DNA of 64,000 nt, taken from positions 1 to 64,000 of the forward strand of contig CAVTCR010000019.1 of the NCBI GenBank assembly GCA_963733195.1, given 5' to 3'. The position numbers were made by a program, and so were the translations under genes. Below are positions 63,605 to 64,000 of this stretch, in pieces (the stretch's first letter is position 1; the number at the start of each line of letters is the position of its first letter). The stretch comes from an uncultured delta proteobacterium. Lineage in GTDB: Bacteria; Desulfobacterota; Binatia; Bin18. The notes below the pieces were generated by a model. The model ran no database searches, was not told the origin of the DNA, and saw only the letters and a list, made by a program, of their open reading frames with translations.

Positions 63605-64000
63605 TCAATGACTCAATTCTTCGAGTAGCACCTTCGCCTCTTGCAAATCCTTGGTGTCAAACCCCTCGGTGAACCAGTTGTAGACCTCAGATAACATTCT
63701 GTGTTCTTTGTCGAGACTAACACGTGTTTCGTGTTGCGTGGTACGTGATTCGGGCTGCACCGCTTGTCGTTGCCGCAGTCGAACGAGGCTCATCACCGCG
63801 CGGAGTTCCCAGGATTTGGCTTGCTGCTTCCTGAGCGATGTCGATGGCCTTCAGAAAACACTCCTCCGCCTTGGGCCGCCAGTGGGGGTTGGGACTGTTC
63901 TCTGTGACTCCGGACCCTTGGACTCCGGACTTTGCTTTCATGCGACTAATTCCCCCTTGAGTCGATACAGCTCCGCCGTGTAATAACCCTCTTTATTCTT
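63605..64000 (-). CDS. C-terminus of a second cyclase-ATPase-TPR paralog (runs off the window, frameshifted)
   Basis: [34 protein letters not shown]; near-identical to 56700-56770. Confidence 0.8.

Overview
64 kb of bacterial chromosome, most like Desulfobacterota/Ca. Binatota (inferred from pil synteny, hopanoid genes, LLM/CoA-transferase content and multicopy cyclase-ATPase-TPR genes). Many essential genes (dnaK, grpE, thiL) are split by single-base frameshifts, so this is probably an error-prone long-read assembly. Content in order: ABC1 kinase-larB-thiL-dnaJ-dnaK-grpE; recO-glyS-ppdK-aroE; a type IV pilus locus; M20 peptidase-hslO-ribBX; an shc-yjbQ-dxr-hpnD operon; an acyl-CoA catabolic cluster; an islet of IS/TA relics; trmI-dinB and metabolic genes; a coxMSL-like Mo hydroxylase; a MazEF-like TA pair; cyclase-ATPase-TPR paralogs; DUF917-hydantoinase. 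Top observations: (1) the PilS/PilR two-component pair is replaced by one membrane-anchored PilS(TM+PAS)-PilR(AAA+/HTH) fusion with no kinase or receiver domain, upstream of two pilins that each have a sigma54 promoter and a shared enhancer-like motif; (2) an IS110-family element whose ends, AG core, REP target, circle-junction promoter and candidate bridge-RNA guides can be read from the sequence; (3) many 6-8-nt-periodic palindromes and GTAG REPs, some inserted in frame in proteins and differing between paralogs.
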